Shown: positions 38,986 to 39,368 of the stretch, one piece after another
How the letters are laid out: the number at the start of each line of letters is the position of its first letter
Position numbering within the stretch: the stretch's first letter is position 1
From: a virus
UHGV virus genome: UHGV-0015773
Direction: 5' to 3' (one strand)
Length of the DNA: 39,368 nt
Position numbers and translations under genes: made by a program
The notes under the pieces: generated by a model
The model's input: only the letters and a program-made list of their open reading frames with translations
The model's database searches: none
Told to the model about the DNA's origin: nothing

Positions 38986-39145
38986 TCTCACAGTGTACGG
39001 ACCCAAAGTTCCCCCATAGGGGTCCCTAAAGCCCAGCCAATCACCTAAAGCCAACCGAAGGTTGACCTTGAGGGTTCCCTAAGGGTTGGGGTTGACCCTT
39101 TGAGTTGTCCTTGGGGTGTTACCTTGAGTGTCTCTTCTTGTCCCT
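38986..39145 (+). repeat. TR: 160-bp terminal repeat (direct terminal redundancy), present as a single collapsed copy
   Basis: tctcacagtgtacggacccaaagttcccccatagggg...gtgtctcttcttgtccct matches the T7 TR (TCTCACAGTGTACGGACCTAAAGTTCCCCCATAGGGGG...) apart from a few substitutions. Its location shows the assembly is circularly permuted. Confidence 0.85.
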
Positions 39146-39335
39146 ATCTGTTACAGCCTCCTAAAGTATCCTCCTAAAGTCACCTCCTAACGTCATTCCT
39201 AAAGCCTACACCTAAAGACTACACCTAAAGACACCATGAGTCAATCCCATCTTAAAGTATCTTCTAAAGACCATCCTAAAGACCATCCTAAAGCCTATCC
39301 TATAGATGCCTTGTTGTTACCTATAAAGAGATAAT
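39146..39335 (+). repeat. Left-end array of CCTAAAG-type heptamer direct repeats (at least 10 copies)
   Basis: cctcctaaagtatcctcctaaagtcacctcctaacg...cacctaaagactacacctaaagacacc...atcttaaagtatcttctaaagaccatcctaaagaccatcctaaagcctatcctatag. This is the known T7 left-end feature between TR and phiOL. Confidence 0.8.
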
Positions 39336-39352
39336 CTTCAATCATTGTCTTC

Positions 39353-39368
39353 TAATACGACTCACTAA
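39353..39368 (+). promoter_or_regulatory. T7-RNAP promoter phiOL (5' part); the remaining bases, including the +1 G at window position 2, continue at positions 1-6
   Basis: The window ends taatacgactcactaa and begins agagag.... Joined, they give TAATACGACTCACTAAAGAGAGA, a T7 promoter with an A-rich -3 to -1 segment. Confidence 0.75.

Noticed and set aside
39146-39335. Possible CRISPR-like array, suggested by regularly spaced short repeats.
   Set aside because: Repeat units are only about 7 bp with irregular 3-12-bp spacing. They are the well-known T7 left-end CCTAAAG repeats, not a CRISPR array.

Overview
The window is a complete, circularly permuted genome of a strictly lytic T7-like podovirus (Teseptimavirus-type). 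All genes lie on the + strand in T7 order. There are 17 T7-RNAP promoters (TAATACGACTCACTATAGGGAGA-type), three tandem sigma70 early promoters (A1, A2, A3), RNase III processing hairpins, the early terminator TE, Tphi after the capsid gene, and a single collapsed 160-bp terminal repeat near the 3' end of the window. The window start and end join to form the phiOL promoter. Most proteins are very close to T7, including RNAP, gp5, gp4, gp8, gp10, gp15, gp16 and gp19. T7 gene sequences, lengths and motifs are quoted from memory, not from a database lookup. The notable departures from T7 are listed below.
- Tail-fiber gene 17 is 910 aa. It keeps the T7 N-terminal tail-attachment domain, but its C-terminal roughly 690 aa are replaced by a lower-GC module that looks like a beta-helix tailspike or capsule depolymerase.
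- An extra 66-aa early ORF is inserted between genes 0.4 and 0.5 and is bracketed by a duplicated 42-bp RNase III-site repeat.
- T7 genes 1.5, 2.8, 5.3 and 7.7 are absent. Gene 3.8 is the only T7 HNH-like endonuclease gene retained (5.3 and 7.7 are missing).
- gp1.2 is locally divergent.
- An (AG)7 microsatellite sits at the phiOL transcription start.
No tRNA, CRISPR, integrase or minus-strand gene is supported.
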